DNA of 63,859 nucleotides, the filler included, from Octopus bimaculoides (taxonomy: Eukaryota): assembly GCF_001194135.2 (NCBI RefSeq). It is 5 parts of 5 records of this genome, joined end to end, with 100 filler letters (N's around TTAATTAATTAA, not from the genome) between each part and the next. Parts side by side here need not be neighbours in the genome. Positions count along the whole stretch, not along the records: positions 1 to 29,708 come from NC_068983.1; positions 29,809 to 33,487 come from NC_069003.1; positions 33,588 to 47,064 come from NC_068989.1; 2 more parts are not named here. One strand, given 5' to 3'. Position numbers and translations under genes: made by a program. Shown in pieces: positions 27,061 through 40,197 of this stretch. The notes under the pieces were generated by a model. That model saw nothing but the letters and a program-made list of their open reading frames with translations. It was not told the origin of the DNA and searched no databases. Every line of letters begins with the position of its first letter. The stretch's first letter is position 1.

Positions 27061-27994
27061 GTGTATATTATCAGCTACTGTTATTAGAAATCATAGTATT
27101 ATTTTTGTTTACATTGGCGCTTTTGCCAGCAAATAGGTATCAACAAGGAATGCATAGTTCTGTTTTTCCTTTCATCTACCATAATCACTTGGAATATAGA
27201 TCCTTTTATAATTTGCAAGTTTTAAGCTCCGCCTTAACCTAAAAACCCAAATCAGACTATAGCCATTGTATCAGTTTATTGAATTCAGGATCACATCTAA
27301 TGCCAGAATGATATATTCTAACGTTAGATTTTAGAGATGTCTTAAACGATCCGTGTAAGATTGTCCTTCCATGCTGAAGAAAATAATGCCTAAGTACTCT
27401 TTCCCATTACTATATTATGTATTCTCAAGATGGATTTATCCTCCGTTTCTCTCTTTGCTATTTTGTTGGAGTGTTTCTAAGTAAGAAATATGTACCTAGA
27501 GCATCCTTGACATCTGAATCAATAACTGCCATGTGACAAATATTATTAAAAATGTAATGAATGTATTTGACCGTAATTGCTATAAATATCCTGTACCGTA
27601 TATGATATTAACAGGATTACCCATAAACAATGGGCAACATTAATATATTGCTGATATAGCGTGTAAAGCTATTACTGTCAATTTCGATAGTCGACACACA
27701 TAAAGAAAGAGCTTTGTAAATGTAATATTCGAATTGGTCACGAATAAGACCTACTCAATGTTGGACACGTGTTGGGGGAATGGGGTGTATGTACATATAT
27801 ATATATGTGCGTGTATAGAGCTTGATTGGTAATTTCTATGTCAATTCCTACTGAAATACGTCTTTTTTATATATACTTTCAAAGTTAATATACGATATGC
27901 TATTTTTCGGAGAATATTTTTTATTACCGAGTAATTTGCGTTTAAGTTAATTTAGTTCAAACAAAGAAAATAAATATATGCCTATGTTTCTGCA

Positions 27995-28455
27995 CACGTA
28001 TGTATGTATGTATGTATGTATGTATGTATGTATTTATGTATGTATGTATGTATGTATGCATGTATGTATGTATTTATGTGTGTATGTATGTATGTATGTA
28101 TGTATGTGTGTGTGTCATTATTCAGCCTTATTTCCAGATCTCTAGCCAAGAGAGTAAGAGCCAAAGTCTAACCTAGACCCGAGGTTCCTTCATTGGAATT
28201 TCAACATCAAGAACAGGGTATATTTGTATGTATGTATGTATGTATGTATTTATGTGTGTGTGTATGTATGTATATGTGTAGATTTGTATGCTTTGCTTTA
28301 TGTATATATTCTCTGGAAAGTTTTACAGATTTTTACAGTGTTCCAGTGATGGAACGGATCGGTAGACTTCGAATTACCTTTCTTCTCTCTGGTTTTTCAG
28401 AAGCCTAATTTCGCAAAATTGGTATTTAGGCATTGTGTTACATAACCCAGAACTC
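27995..28455 (-). mobile_element. 3' end of an RLE (R4/Dong-like) LINE, family 2, with (CATA)n tail
   Basis: Reverse complement of 61584-61973: NTNFAKLG(F)...GTVKICK coding end, the ttgaaattccaatgaagga 3' UTR block, then ctgaataatgac followed by (CATA)n. Confidence 0.8.
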
Positions 28456-29077
28456 CAATATGTATATATATATACCTATGTATATGTGTCTGTATGTGAG
28501 TGAAATACATATCTGTACATATTGTTATATACTTGCTAGTGCTTTTCTCCGTGTGTGACTCTATCAGTTGTGGATTTAGAGGAAACGACAAAGATCGAGG
28601 CGTACGCCAAACCATAGATACAGCCGAATGGGATCGAGTGATAGCTATATTGGAGCTTTATAACTAAACATTTTACCTTCGGGACAGACAAACGAAGGGA
28701 TACGAATTCACTGGGGTGGGAGCAACACTCTTCAAATTATGTAATTCAGTAATTATGAGTAACATGTGTGCGAATAGGGCGAAACAAACTATCATGCGAT
28801 GAGGAATGTGTGTGGGGAAGAACATTCCTAAGTAGATGTACCATAAGCAAAGAATTCTAATGGAAGAACAGGCCTTTATATTTACGATAAAGATTGCTTA
28901 TGTGCCGGATGCCGACGCATTTCCATGAGTGAATTTAAACCAATAAGGAAACTAGCTTGGTGTATTCTTGGATGTATAGATGGGTAGTGCATCTGTAGCA
29001 GCAGCACATTTCCTTATTTGACAACAATATACTTTTCCTCATATATTTGTGATTAGAGTCCTAGTTACTTTAACAAA

Positions 29078-29417
29078 GGAGGCGCAATGACCCAGTGGTT
29101 AGGGCAGCGGAGTGTTTATTGAGCGAAAACACCTAAAACTCCACGGAGCTGCGACAGGGGATGGTGGCGAACCCTGCTGTACTCTTCCACCACAATTTTC
29201 TTTCACTCTTACTTCTTGTTTCTGTTATGCCTGTAATTCAAAGGGTCAGCCTTGTCACACTGGGTCACGCTAAATATCCCCGAGAACTACGTTAAGGGTA
29301 CACGTGTCTGTGGAGTGCTCAGCCACTTGCACGTTAATTTCGTGAGCAGGCTGTTCCGTTGATCGGATCAACTGGAACTCTCGACGTTGTAAGCGACGGA
29401 AGTGCCAACACAACACC
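29078..29417 (+). mobile_element. SINE family D (A-box head, long body)
   Basis: ggaggcgcaatgacccagtggttagggc is an A-box-like head; no B box is visible, so an internal deletion is inferred. The body and 3' part are also found at 33668-33790. Confidence 0.8.
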
Positions 29418-29708
29418 TTTAACAATAGGTTTCGAGAACGCGCTCTAAACTATGTCCCCTGGTAATTCTCATTGGGTCGATCTCTTCTGAAATATGTGTT
29501 TGTGAGTATTTGTGTATGTGTGTTTGTGTATTTATGTTTATATATCTATCTATCTTCCTCTCCCCCTCTATCTCTCTCTCGTTGTATATATATATATATA
29601 TATACACATACAAACTCACAACCGCAGATATGTGTATACATACATGCATACATGCATACATACATACATACATATATACATACATACATACATACATACA
29701 TACATACA

Positions 29709-29808
29709 NNNNNNNNNNNNNNNNNNNNNNNNNNNNNNNNNNNNNNNNNNNNTTAATTAATTAANNNNNNNNNNNNNNNNNNNNNNNNNNNNNNNNNNNN
29801 NNNNNNNN
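29709..29808. other. Artificial 100-nt scaffold spacer N44-TTAATTAATTAA-N44
   Basis: The identical structure recurs at 33488-33587, 47065-47164 and 57011-57110. Confidence 0.9.
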
Positions 29809-29849
29809 GATAGAGAGAAAGAGATATACGCACATGCAGACACACCCAC

Positions 29850-29970
29850 GATGGGCTTCTTTCAGTTTCGATCTACCAAATCAATTCACAAGACTCGGAG
29901 CTATAGTAGAAGACAATTGCCCAAGGTGCCACGAAATGGGACTAAATCCGAAATTACATTGCCACGCCCA
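29850..29970 (-). mobile_element. SINE family A 5' half
   Basis: gggcttctttcagtttc...ctatagtagaagacaattgcccaaggtgccacg. Confidence 0.85.
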
Positions 29971-29978
29971 TTACAACC

Positions 29979-30018
<40 letters not shown>

Positions 30019-30852
30019 GTTAAATTTGTTTTAACTAAATACGGCGCTAGTCCGGTTTCATACGACATTTAACAATTTCATTTTGTCAATGTTTCGCTTT
30101 TTTATCAAAACAAATCCATCCTGTTATGCTAAAACCCACGTTTGTCAACCACATAGAACAGATATACGTCACTCTCATTTTCATTCTCTTTTTTCTTTTT
30201 CAAATTTTTCTTTTCTCTTCATAAGCAACATCCTCTTTCCGTTTTTATTTGAAACAGCTTTGGGTTACTTTCAGGGATTTTCATATCTGTTGTGTTTCTG
30301 TCGGAGAAATATTTGATTTCGAAAGTTTCTCAGATATCGAAGTTTCGTATAAAGAAATATCAATTAACTGTATTGAAATAAGAAGCAAAATCGGGTGAAA
30401 AGAATAAAACTGAAAACGATAAAACAGAAAAGGACTGAAATAGGTAGGAACGTGTGAAAATAATGTTTTCCTGCAGATTTCCACGTCAGGACTGCGAATT
30501 AACGAAGTTGTTACAACGTGGAATAGGATCACTTACGGTTATTATTCTAGTTCACTGCGCTCTTGTTTCGAATTCCACCGAAAGTCGAATTTATCTTCGA
30601 TTTTTTTCTTTTTTTTTGTGATGGTGGGGGGATATCTTTACCGAATCCGAAAAGATTAAAGACAAAGTTGACCTTGATGAGATGTGAAGTTAGAGAGGAA
30701 AGAATCATCTGCCGCTCGGTTTCCTTTGCTTCTTTTGCTGCAACGACTCTGTTCGTTGGCTGACATTTGGAGAGGGGCCTGGGGGATAAATATTCAAGCA
30801 GTAGGGTTCTTTTGTTTACATTACACCCATTTTCTCTCTATCCCTCACCTTC

Positions 30853-30924
<72 letters not shown>

Positions 30925-30954
30925 CTTATCTACCTATCTATCTACCTATTTCTC

Positions 30955-30985
<31 letters not shown>

Positions 30986-31440
30986 CTATCTATCTCAAAA
31001 TCAGTTACGTTGAAGGGGCCAAAAATGAGGGTTCATAACGCGACCACTTTATTCCTTAGACCACCACCGGGAGGGCAGTGAAAGAAAGAAAAAACAAAGT
31101 CCATAGATTTAGAGAAAATAGGAGAAACGGACGCTATTAGAGGTTTGACCTCGTCGGGATTTGAACTGGGAGTGCAAAGAGCAGGGGTAGATGCTTAATG
31201 CCATTGTGTTGCTATAGCAACAATTTGCTGACCGGGAACAAGTGCGAACGACTGGAAATGATTTTTAAAAAATACTATGGAGAAGTATAAAAAATGATTA
31301 GAGTAAAATGACCGGAAGTGGCCAAAAATGAACGGAGATTTTTAAGACAAATGCTTTAAGGAACCGGAAATTAGTTAACAATATATAAAAAGACGTGAAA
31401 GTGGATAGAGAATCGATCAAAAGGATGTTTCTTGTAGCTG

Positions 31441-31634
31441 AGGCACCACTTTGAAGGGCTTTTAGTCAAACAAATCGACGCTAGTACTTTATTTAATTAA
31501 AAAAAGCCTGGTATTTAGTTTCTCGGTTTCTTTTACCGAAGTGCTATACAACTGGGATGTAAATAAACCAACACTGCTTGTGAAGCGGTGAGAGATAGAC
31601 ACACACACATATAAATATAGATAGATAGAGAAAG

Positions 31635-31685
<51 letters not shown>

Positions 31686-31950
31686 TAGAGATAGAGAGAG
31701 AGAGAGAGAGAGAGACAAAATAGATAGATAGATAGATAGATAGGTAGATAGATAGATAGATAGATAGGTAGATAGATAGGTAGATAGATAGATAGATAAG
31801 ACGAGCTTCCACAGACTTTCCGTCCTCCAAATTCACTCATAGGGCATTGGTCCGCCTGGGACAATAGCAGAAGCCACTTGCCCAAGGTGCTGCGCAGTGG
31901 GACTGAACTAGAAACCACGTGGTTGCAAAGTAAGCTTCTGAACCACATAA
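31441..31950 (-). mobile_element. SINE family A, near-full copy with internal (GATA/GA)n microsatellite
   Basis: Head and core at 31800-31950, microsatellite at 31600-31800, and a 3' module at 31441-31600 similar to 56850-57010. Confidence 0.8.
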
Positions 31951-32019
31951 ATTGTAGCAGATTCAATAGTTTCGAAAATGGCTGAATTTTTTTTTTTTTT
32001 TAATTTTTTTTTTTTTTTT

Positions 32020-32500
32020 TTTAAAGAAAAAATAAAATGATTAAAGTTTGAATGGAAGGAACAAGATGAAAAAAAGGGGAATTAGAGTGAAAGAAATTGT
32101 AGAACAGTAGAATTGTGTTAATATATTAAAAAGGGCCAAAGAGGGGACAGTAGGTGTGGGGGGAAGGAAAGGGGTGAAAGATGATTGGAAATAAAGGGTA
32201 AGACAGAAAGAAAGGAAGAGAGAAAATTAGAAAAGAGAAGAAAGGGAAAGAGAAAGAAAAGATACGAACGAAATGAAGAAAGAGAAAAAGAGAGAAAAGG
32301 ACAAAAAGAAAGAAGGAAAGAATGAAAGAAAGGAAGAAAGACACAAAGGAAGAGAAAAGGAGAAAAAGAAAGAAGAAAAGAAAGAAAGAAAGAAAGAAAG
32401 AAACGAAGAAAGACACAATGGAAGAGAAAAGAAAGGAAAAACGATAAATAAGGAGAAAGGAAGAAAAAACGAGACAGGAAGACAGAGGGAAATGAACAAA
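32020..32500 (+). repeat. Purine-rich (A/G) low-complexity tract
   Basis: About 480 bp of mostly A/G on the + strand ((GAAA)n-like); a second tract lies at 33180-33440. Confidence 0.9.
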
Positions 32501-32507
32501 AGAGAGG

Positions 32508-32546
<39 letters not shown>

Positions 32547-33005
32547 GCAATATCGATGAAAAGGAAGGAAAACGATTGGAAATATCAAGGCGGGAAAAGA
32601 AATAGATACACGGGCGGGGAATGGGAGAGCAGACGACATGAAAGTTCTGTCATGGGATTATACGACCTCTGATTAAAATCCTGGAGAAGAAATACAAAAA
32701 GAGTGGAGGAGGGGGCAGTGACTAAAAGAACTGAGATAAGAATGTAAATAACGCTAAATGGTGAAGAGAATTGGAAATTTTATGGAGAATGGTAAAAAGG
32801 GTCGAGTAATGGTTGCGAATCGTTTGAAATAGGTGGGAGATAGAGAGAAAATATGGCGGCGAAGGAACGAATGATGAATATGGAGGATAGAAAGCGACTA
32901 AGATAACCTGTTGAGGTCGATGGGAAACAAGTGTTACATTTGTCGGAAATGCATGTGTATGTGTGTGTATGCGCGTTGTGTGTGTGTAGGGGTGTATACA
33001 TATAC

Positions 33006-33125
33006 ACCCTTGGGCAAGTGTCCTCTACTGTAGCCTCGGGCTGACCAAAGCCTTGTGANNNNNNNNNNCAGAACGCAACTGGTACTTAATTTATCGACCC
33101 CGAAAGGATGAAAGGCAATAAGATT
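33006..33125. mobile_element. SINE A core (+, 33006-33058) and SINE B fragment (-, 33070-33125) on either side of a 10-N gap
   Basis: ccttgggcaagtgtcctctactgtagcctcgggctgaccaaagccttgtga; actggtacttaatttatcgaccccgaaaggatgaaaggc. Confidence 0.85.
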
Positions 33126-33451
33126 TAACCGGTACAGGGGGGAATATAGATGTTGCACGGATGGCAGTCGAACCAAGAAAGAAAGGTCAAGCCTGGCCAA
33201 ACATCGGTCACGTGGGGAGGGAAGTGAGAGAGGGGTAGAAACAGAGAGGGATAGAAGAATTAAGGACGGGCGAGAAAAAATGAAAGAGACACAGTGAAGT
33301 GAAAGAGGAGGGGAAAGTGAGCATGAAGAGAAGGCCAGGAAATGCGAGAGAGGGGAACGAAAGAACGAAGAGTGGAATGAACGAAGTGTGAAAGGGCTGA
33401 TAGAAAGAAGGAAAGAATGAAAGAATACAAAGAATAATAGAGTCGTACAAA

Positions 33452-33487
<36 letters not shown>

Positions 33488-33587
33488 NNNNNNNNNNNNN
33501 NNNNNNNNNNNNNNNNNNNNNNNNNNNNNNNTTAATTAATTAANNNNNNNNNNNNNNNNNNNNNNNNNNNNNNNNNNNNNNNNNNNN
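33488..33587. other. Artificial scaffold spacer N44-TTAATTAATTAA-N44
   Basis: Direct count. Confidence 0.9.
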
Positions 33588-33636
<49 letters not shown>

Positions 33637-33643
33637 CTGTTTT

Positions 33644-33790
33644 CGTCCCCGAAACTTAGCGGTTTCGAATCTCCTTGATAACTACGTCAAGGGTTCGCGT
33701 ATCCGTGGAGTGCTCAGCCACTTGAATATTAATTTCATGAGCAGGTTGTTCCGTTGAACAGATCAACTGAAAACCCTCGTCGTTGTATGA
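33644..33790 (+). mobile_element. SINE A 3'-module fragment joined to SINE D 3' part
   Basis: cgtccccgaaacttagcggtt resembles 48430-48450; actacgtcaagggt...gtggagtgctcagccactt...gttccgttga resembles 29285-29395. Confidence 0.75.
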
Positions 33791-34759
33791 AATATTAAAA
33801 TAAATGATTTGCTTGCACCTACTTTTAGCTACTTCTATGTATCATTTTGAATGTCTGTTTAAATTATATTCTCTGATACCAGTATAAACATCATTAATAC
33901 CATGGAAATTAAAGACCATATCTCTCTGTTCAGTACTGATTGAGACCTAAGCAATCTAAGTTTCTCGGCTCCTTGAAACTCTCAAGTATTATGAAATAAA
34001 TCTCAATTTGTTAACCGAATCTTTCACCGAAGCAATTAAAATTGCAGTAATGAAGATTATTACAATAACTCCTCTCAAATCTTGAAAACCCTTTGTATCC
34101 TCTTAGTAATTACTATGCATGTAAAAATACCAACCTAAAAACTCGGGGTATTTGGGCAACTTTAAGAAACATCTAGCAATCCATGATATCTGAGTTTTTC
34201 CACTTAAAATTGAAGAAGGTGATAGGTTCTATTTCCAAGTGCCTATATTTGAACCGATTAGGAGTCGCATGTATACCACAGAATAGCAAATTGTAGCATG
34301 ACAGTTATTCAGTCAAATTGATTTAGGGTCATACTCAGATGTACAATAACATACAAGAGAATTCTAGAGGTCATTGAGCAGGTATTGTAAGGCAGAGTAA
34401 AAGTGGCATTGTTCAATGATTGTAGGAAAGATCAAAAGTGGCATTGTTCGATGATTTCTGTGAAACTCTGCCTAGTAATCTGGCTGGGAGTGAACGCGAG
34501 GACTCTAGTTATGTGCTACTCAGGTTTAAAATAGTAAGATGTTATATTTTTATGATATATTCAATGATCGTGTCGTTTACTGTTGAAATGAAAATGATTA
34601 ACATAATATCACAGGATAATATTTTAAGATCAGTGTTCATAGAATCAGTTCAGTGAGATGTCTAGGCTGTATGCAGATGAAGTCGAAAGATTAGAAAAAG
34701 ACGAAGGAAGCTGTCTTTTTCGTAAGCCTTTGTTGGATATGAAGGCAAATAGCTCATTG

Positions 34760-35095
34760 GTGCGTTAAAAGAAAAGCAATGTAGACAAAACTAGAGCTGA
34801 CAGAATTTAGGTTGGATGTAGATGTTGCGATACTGAGATGAAAAATTAAGTCACCTATGCAAAAGATGAAATACTGATGGAATTCGCAAGGCAGACACGA
34901 AAGCTTTGCCGATGTCAAGAACAGCAACAATGCTTTCACCAAACATCTCGATAGCAAAAACGCACTGGTGAGTGATATAAGAAAGTGCGCAAACTTTACA
35001 CCTGGTTTCTAAAGAGAAGAGAGACTCCAGTTGTTTTAGAAGGTTCTTTTTGTAGTTAGGTAAACATGTAATTAATGAATATCTATTATGCAAGT
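34760..35095 (-). mobile_element. Non-LTR RT remnant (CR1/Jockey/I group)
   Basis: ORF 34851-35093 contains LLKQLES...LSYITHQ...GESIVAVLDIGKAF, matching the RT motif D.SKAFD and its upstream context. Confidence 0.65.
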
Positions 35096-37184
35096 AAGGG
35101 TATTATGAATATGATTTCCTCATACAAACTCAGTCTTCGTCAACGCTATATAACGTGCAAAAATAGTGTGTCATCATCTCATTCCAAAATCTTTGATACA
35201 TGCTCCTATTTTAAGTATATTTTGGGAAATCGCACATTTTGCTCGTCGGTTACCGCACCAAAATTTTTAGAAAGAAATCTAGATGACAATATAAGAACAT
35301 CTTTCAGTCTACTTCATTATTGCCATTAATGCTATTAAAACTCCATTTGCAGGAGTTTTATTAATTCCTTCAATGTTTTGCATAACAATTTCAAGGGCTG
35401 TTGAGAGTCTTTAATTCCTTTGTATTTAAGGATACGATCAAATCAAATATAATATTAAAATATCCCCAGATGGTGATTACACAAAACGATCCCTTTAACT
35501 TTGTCGCTCTACTTTTGAGAAATATTTACAAAGGTACTGAAATTTTTCCTGAAATGTCTTTACTCATACCTTTATCAAACATTTTAATAAAACCACGCTT
35601 AATTGAAAGAAATGGTAGAAATACTTCTAAAGGATAGATTGAATACTAATTCGTTATGTTGAGCTTAATGAACAGTCATGTTTAATGTAGTGATATGTGC
35701 TAGAGTGATTATCCCTTAGGTATTAGAAACAACAGTATTTTATAAATCCTGCTTGCATGCCAATAAAGCCGGTAAATCCTGCTTGGCATGCCAATTAAAT
35801 AACTTTGAAATTTTCACAGTGATTCCTTTGATGAAAACTGTATTGAAAGTATCAAACAGCATATCCATGTTAACCTATGTCCTTTTTAGTTAAACAAACT
35901 AGGCAACGGGGATTTATGGCTTTACGTTTCCATTAACAGCTTTCAGGTGATGAATCGATGGAGAGGCATCTATCTGAAATAATTTTGTGAAAAGAACATT
36001 GATGGCATAGCAGTTGTATAGTGGACAATGTATTGTTAAGTATATTGCCAAATTGAAATTTGGTTTTCAATGGAAATTTACTCACAAAGTTTGGTCACGG
36101 TAGATCACCTCCTTTCAGTCTGAGGCAGCAAGCAGCATTTACTCTTTCGACTGTGATAAGTATCAAACAAAACCAATAAAATACTTTTGAGTAAATAACC
36201 ATAGTTCTGAATTTTCTTCAGATGTTTGTTAGGGATTTGTAGAAGCTACAGCACCTTTGGGGGAAGGAACCGTACCTTCTTTATCACCAACTATTTCATC
36301 AACTATAGAAGTTCGTTCATTACTTGGGGGAAAGAAGAAATGGATGTTGTTTCATAATGATACAGGAGTCTGATTACTGAATACAAAATTGAGTAAACAT
36401 CTTATCTCTGTCCTTTTTTTTTTGTAGTAGCGTCTACCATGAAGATCATTTTGTGTTCTCTCCATGTCATGGACATATCAAAGGAAATTGATCTCGACTT
36501 TCTGTTTATTTAGTCATATCATGAATTTGAAAACTCAGAGCAGATTCGACCTGGTGCCATTGTTTTTGGTCATATGTATGACAACCAAAGTATATCTCGT
36601 ATATTTTTATAAGATTCGTTGTGCTTTAGTTGTATATAAACATAGCAGAAAAAAAACTGAACGAACTTTAAATTCAGGAGGTAATGACTGGGGGGAGTTA
36701 TTCTGATAATCTTCATTAGTGCAATTTTAATTGCCTGGGGAGCAATAATCTGATGTACTAATTCAATAACTGAAGACAGTTCATCAGTGTTAAACTTGTA
36801 TTAAAAGATTATCACAGCTGGTATGTATAAAGATATACAGATATATTTAATTTCTTCGGGAGTGGGTGTAGTATTGTATACTGTTTTAGTAAAGACATCA
36901 TGGCACAATGACAGATGCAAAACGATGGCAATTTTCTATTGCATCTTGAGGCTTTCAAGGATTGATTGTAAGTTTTATTAGGCATTTCATAACTAGCTCC
37001 TGCTTTAGGTTTGCAAAAACATAACCTTTGACATGTGATGTGCTGCAACAGTCACAAATCAAAGAGATGCTACACTTTATCTTATCTTTTTTCCGACTCT
37101 TAAACGATCTTGCGAAATCATCAGTCCATAATTTCTAATTTAAGGAGAAGGCTAGCAATTTCGTGCAGAGCTGGCTGGTTGATT

Positions 37185-37275
37185 ACATTCCTTATTACAT
37201 TGCTTTACTTTTATCGACTCCGGAGCGATAAAATGCAGAGTTCAGTCGGTGGGTTTTGAACTCAGAACGAAAAGT
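37185..37275 (-). mobile_element. SINE family B fragment
   Basis: tttatcgactccgg...tttgaactcagaacg is the reverse complement of cgttctgagttcaaa. Confidence 0.65.
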
Positions 37276-37702
37276 ACTTGAAGAGATTTTCGTAAGTTTT
37301 AAACGAACCAACTATTCTATCATTTCACCGTTCATTAGTGGTAATGCTAAATAATTAGATATTTAGTGATGACTTCTTTACTTCAATGAAACGAGTGACT
37401 ATGATATACAATTGTTCTTTCATTTCTCCTTTGAACTATAATAAACTGTCGCTATCTAAACGTTTTAAAAGAATGCTTTGTATTCTACAGAGATGATGAC
37501 ATTAACAGCAGTGCTTTTCTTTTAAATTAATTAAAAAAATGCAATTACTGATGTTTACCAATAAGTTAAATGATTAAAAGATTTTATATCAATTTAAAAT
37601 TGAGATCAACATTGAATTTATACATAGAGAGTAAATATTAATTAAATTTTTTAATATTTCTGCTTATAATTTTTGTCTGTATGTAAAATGAAAAAAGAAA
37701 TT

Positions 37703-37720
37703 ATTATTTTATCATCATCA

Positions 37721-37752
<32 letters not shown>

Positions 37753-37765
37753 GCTGTTGTTGTTG

Positions 37766-37849
<84 letters not shown>

Positions 37850-37856
37850 TTATTTT
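37703..37856. repeat. Compound (TCA)(TCG)n(TTG)n(TTA)n microsatellite
   Basis: Direct reading of the sequence. Confidence 0.95.
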
Positions 37857-39350
37857 TCTGCACTGGATGTGCTTCGCGTCGGTTCCTAAAATATCAGTTG
37901 TTATTACTGAAAATATGTTGTGTTGCTAAAATGTTTTTGAAATTTCTTTTAATAAGGACCTGTAGTTCAATGGGCGAAGAGTAGAACAACAAATGAAGGC
38001 TTGAAAGGGTATATTTCATGTAACAAAAAGTTTTACAATCTCAGATATAATCTTGTTTAAAATCATAGGCTACTAAAACTCATACCCTATAGATTGGGTG
38101 ACGTGGTTGGAGGAGAAATGGTTCCTTTCACTATAATCTTCCTAGCGGAGATTATGTTCCCCTTTACTCAAACATCGTCACAGTTACTCAACTTAGTTGT
38201 TGGTTGAAGAGAGAAAACGCAATTGATAGAGATTACAAACTGAAGCGAAGAGAACAATGCAGTGTAATTTAATGTAAAACTGACTCTGTGTCTTATGTGA
38301 CATAGTCTTTGTACTGCCTTCACTCTTCATGGTCTTTAGACCCTTCTAATCAATAAAAGGATTTCATTTTATCGGTTTATTATATTTTTATTTCGTGTTT
38401 TCACTATAAAACCAAGCACAGTTATGGGTAACTTCATGCGTTCAGTGTAGTTCTTCCATCATATTGAAATGCCCCATGCAAAATGTTTGCAATATCTACA
38501 AGTGGTATATTTCACCTGTTGTGTATTTGTGCAATGTCATGAGCGTTAGAATATATTTCTCTGCTTGTATTTTAGTAATTCCCAAGATATCTCTTATTAT
38601 AAGGATTGTCTCTGTTTCCAATACTCAAAATCTAGTTATCTCTAGTAATAGAAATGGTGTTTCATAATTGAATATATATATATATAATAGCATATACAAT
38701 TTATTATTTATATATATTTGCGAAATGAAGATATATAGTAATATGGGCATTTTATAATTGATTAGTGTCTTATATTTTATTATGTTGCAGTACATTGTTA
38801 GTGCTCTCATACAGACTTTCGGAGAAAGAACAGATACCATTAAGATTATTATGGAAGAATACCGTAGTGATGGTTTATTGTCAAACCTATGTTTAAAAAA
38901 ATCAATAAGTGATTATCTAGTGTTTCACTGTATCAATAAAAACCAAGGGACTTCTATTTACACATAGTTCTATCATTCAATGAAAACACATATGTCGTAT
39001 CTCAAAAAATAAGCTATTTCTGTTGTAAGATGCAATGCACTCAGTGCCCAGTGATTCTACATTACTTTATGGCTTCATTTGAACGCTTAAAATGAAGTGC
39101 ATATTTATTTGAGAAAGCATTTAAATACAGCTCTGAGTACGCCGTAATATAGCAGAAACAGTTGTAAGCTAATGAAGTTGATTTCGTAATTCTTGCTCCC
39201 AGGTCTTTCCATTAATTTCATATTATGATCTGTAGTTGCCTAACGCTTTAATCCGAAACATATGTATATTGAGTTCTAACAGTAAGTTATAAACATCGCT
39301 ATGCCTAAGAGAAATCTTAGAATACATTTTATAAAAAAGTGTTAGAAATA

Positions 39351-39388
<38 letters not shown>

Positions 39389-39929
39389 AACACAGATTGA
39401 AAAAGGTTGAGAATGTTCCTGCGAAAGTATATTTCTTTCAGAGCTTAACATCACTGAAGCTGGATAGATTCGATTAAGTGAACTTTTGGTCGTATTCTCT
39501 ATTTCATGTAATTAAATCAAAAATTGGAGGTTCAGTCGTTAAAATGTGAATAAAGATCGATTTTCATCCGAGTCATTAAAATAGGACGAGAACAATAAAG
39601 TAATAGACCACACCCTACAAAATATAAAAAGTGTTTGTAATATCAGAAAAAAAACAACAGTGTTTTAAGGTCATTAATTTTAAAACATCAGTGATGATAA
39701 TTTTAATGATGTATGAAACTTTCAGGTCAGCAATTTATCAGGAGGAAGGATGAAGAGGCGATTGTTTTAATTGCAGTATGTTTCGGTAACGTATTTTATC
39801 GACTATGAAATAGCAACGAGGCGTAGCTGAACGCTAGAAAAGTTTCAACATAACTTCATCATAACTTCCTGATTCTATCATCTACCACCCAAAAAGTGAT
39901 AATTCCTAACAAAACAAAATTTAAGAGTG

Positions 39930-40197
39930 TGTTAGTCGATTCTGTCGACCGCGGTCCACAACTGGTATATTATGTTATTAATACCGGATGAATGACGAGC
40001 GACGTTGACTTTGGTTGGATTTGAACGTAAAAAAAAAAAACAATAACGCAAAGCATTTGTCTGACGCTCTAATAACACAACTACTTCGCGACCTTTAACC
40101 TTTCTAAGATAAGCACAAGGACAGAAATTTTGAAGGCGGAACTATCGATCATTTCAACCCCAGTAAACGGCAGTTACTTTGATTACTGTCCCTGAAA
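39930..40197 (-). mobile_element. Two decayed SINE family B fragments
   Basis: gtcgattctgtcgacc...aactggta...gttgactttgg..gatttgaac, followed by gcacaagg..gaaatttt...tcgatcatttcaaccccagt...cctgaaaggat. Confidence 0.6.

Noticed and set aside
36278-36324. Possible 47-nt minus-strand exon (polypyrimidine-AG acceptor, GT donor)
   Set aside because: The peptide NERTSIVDEIVGDKE is unrecognised and there is no partner exon; such signals arise by chance.
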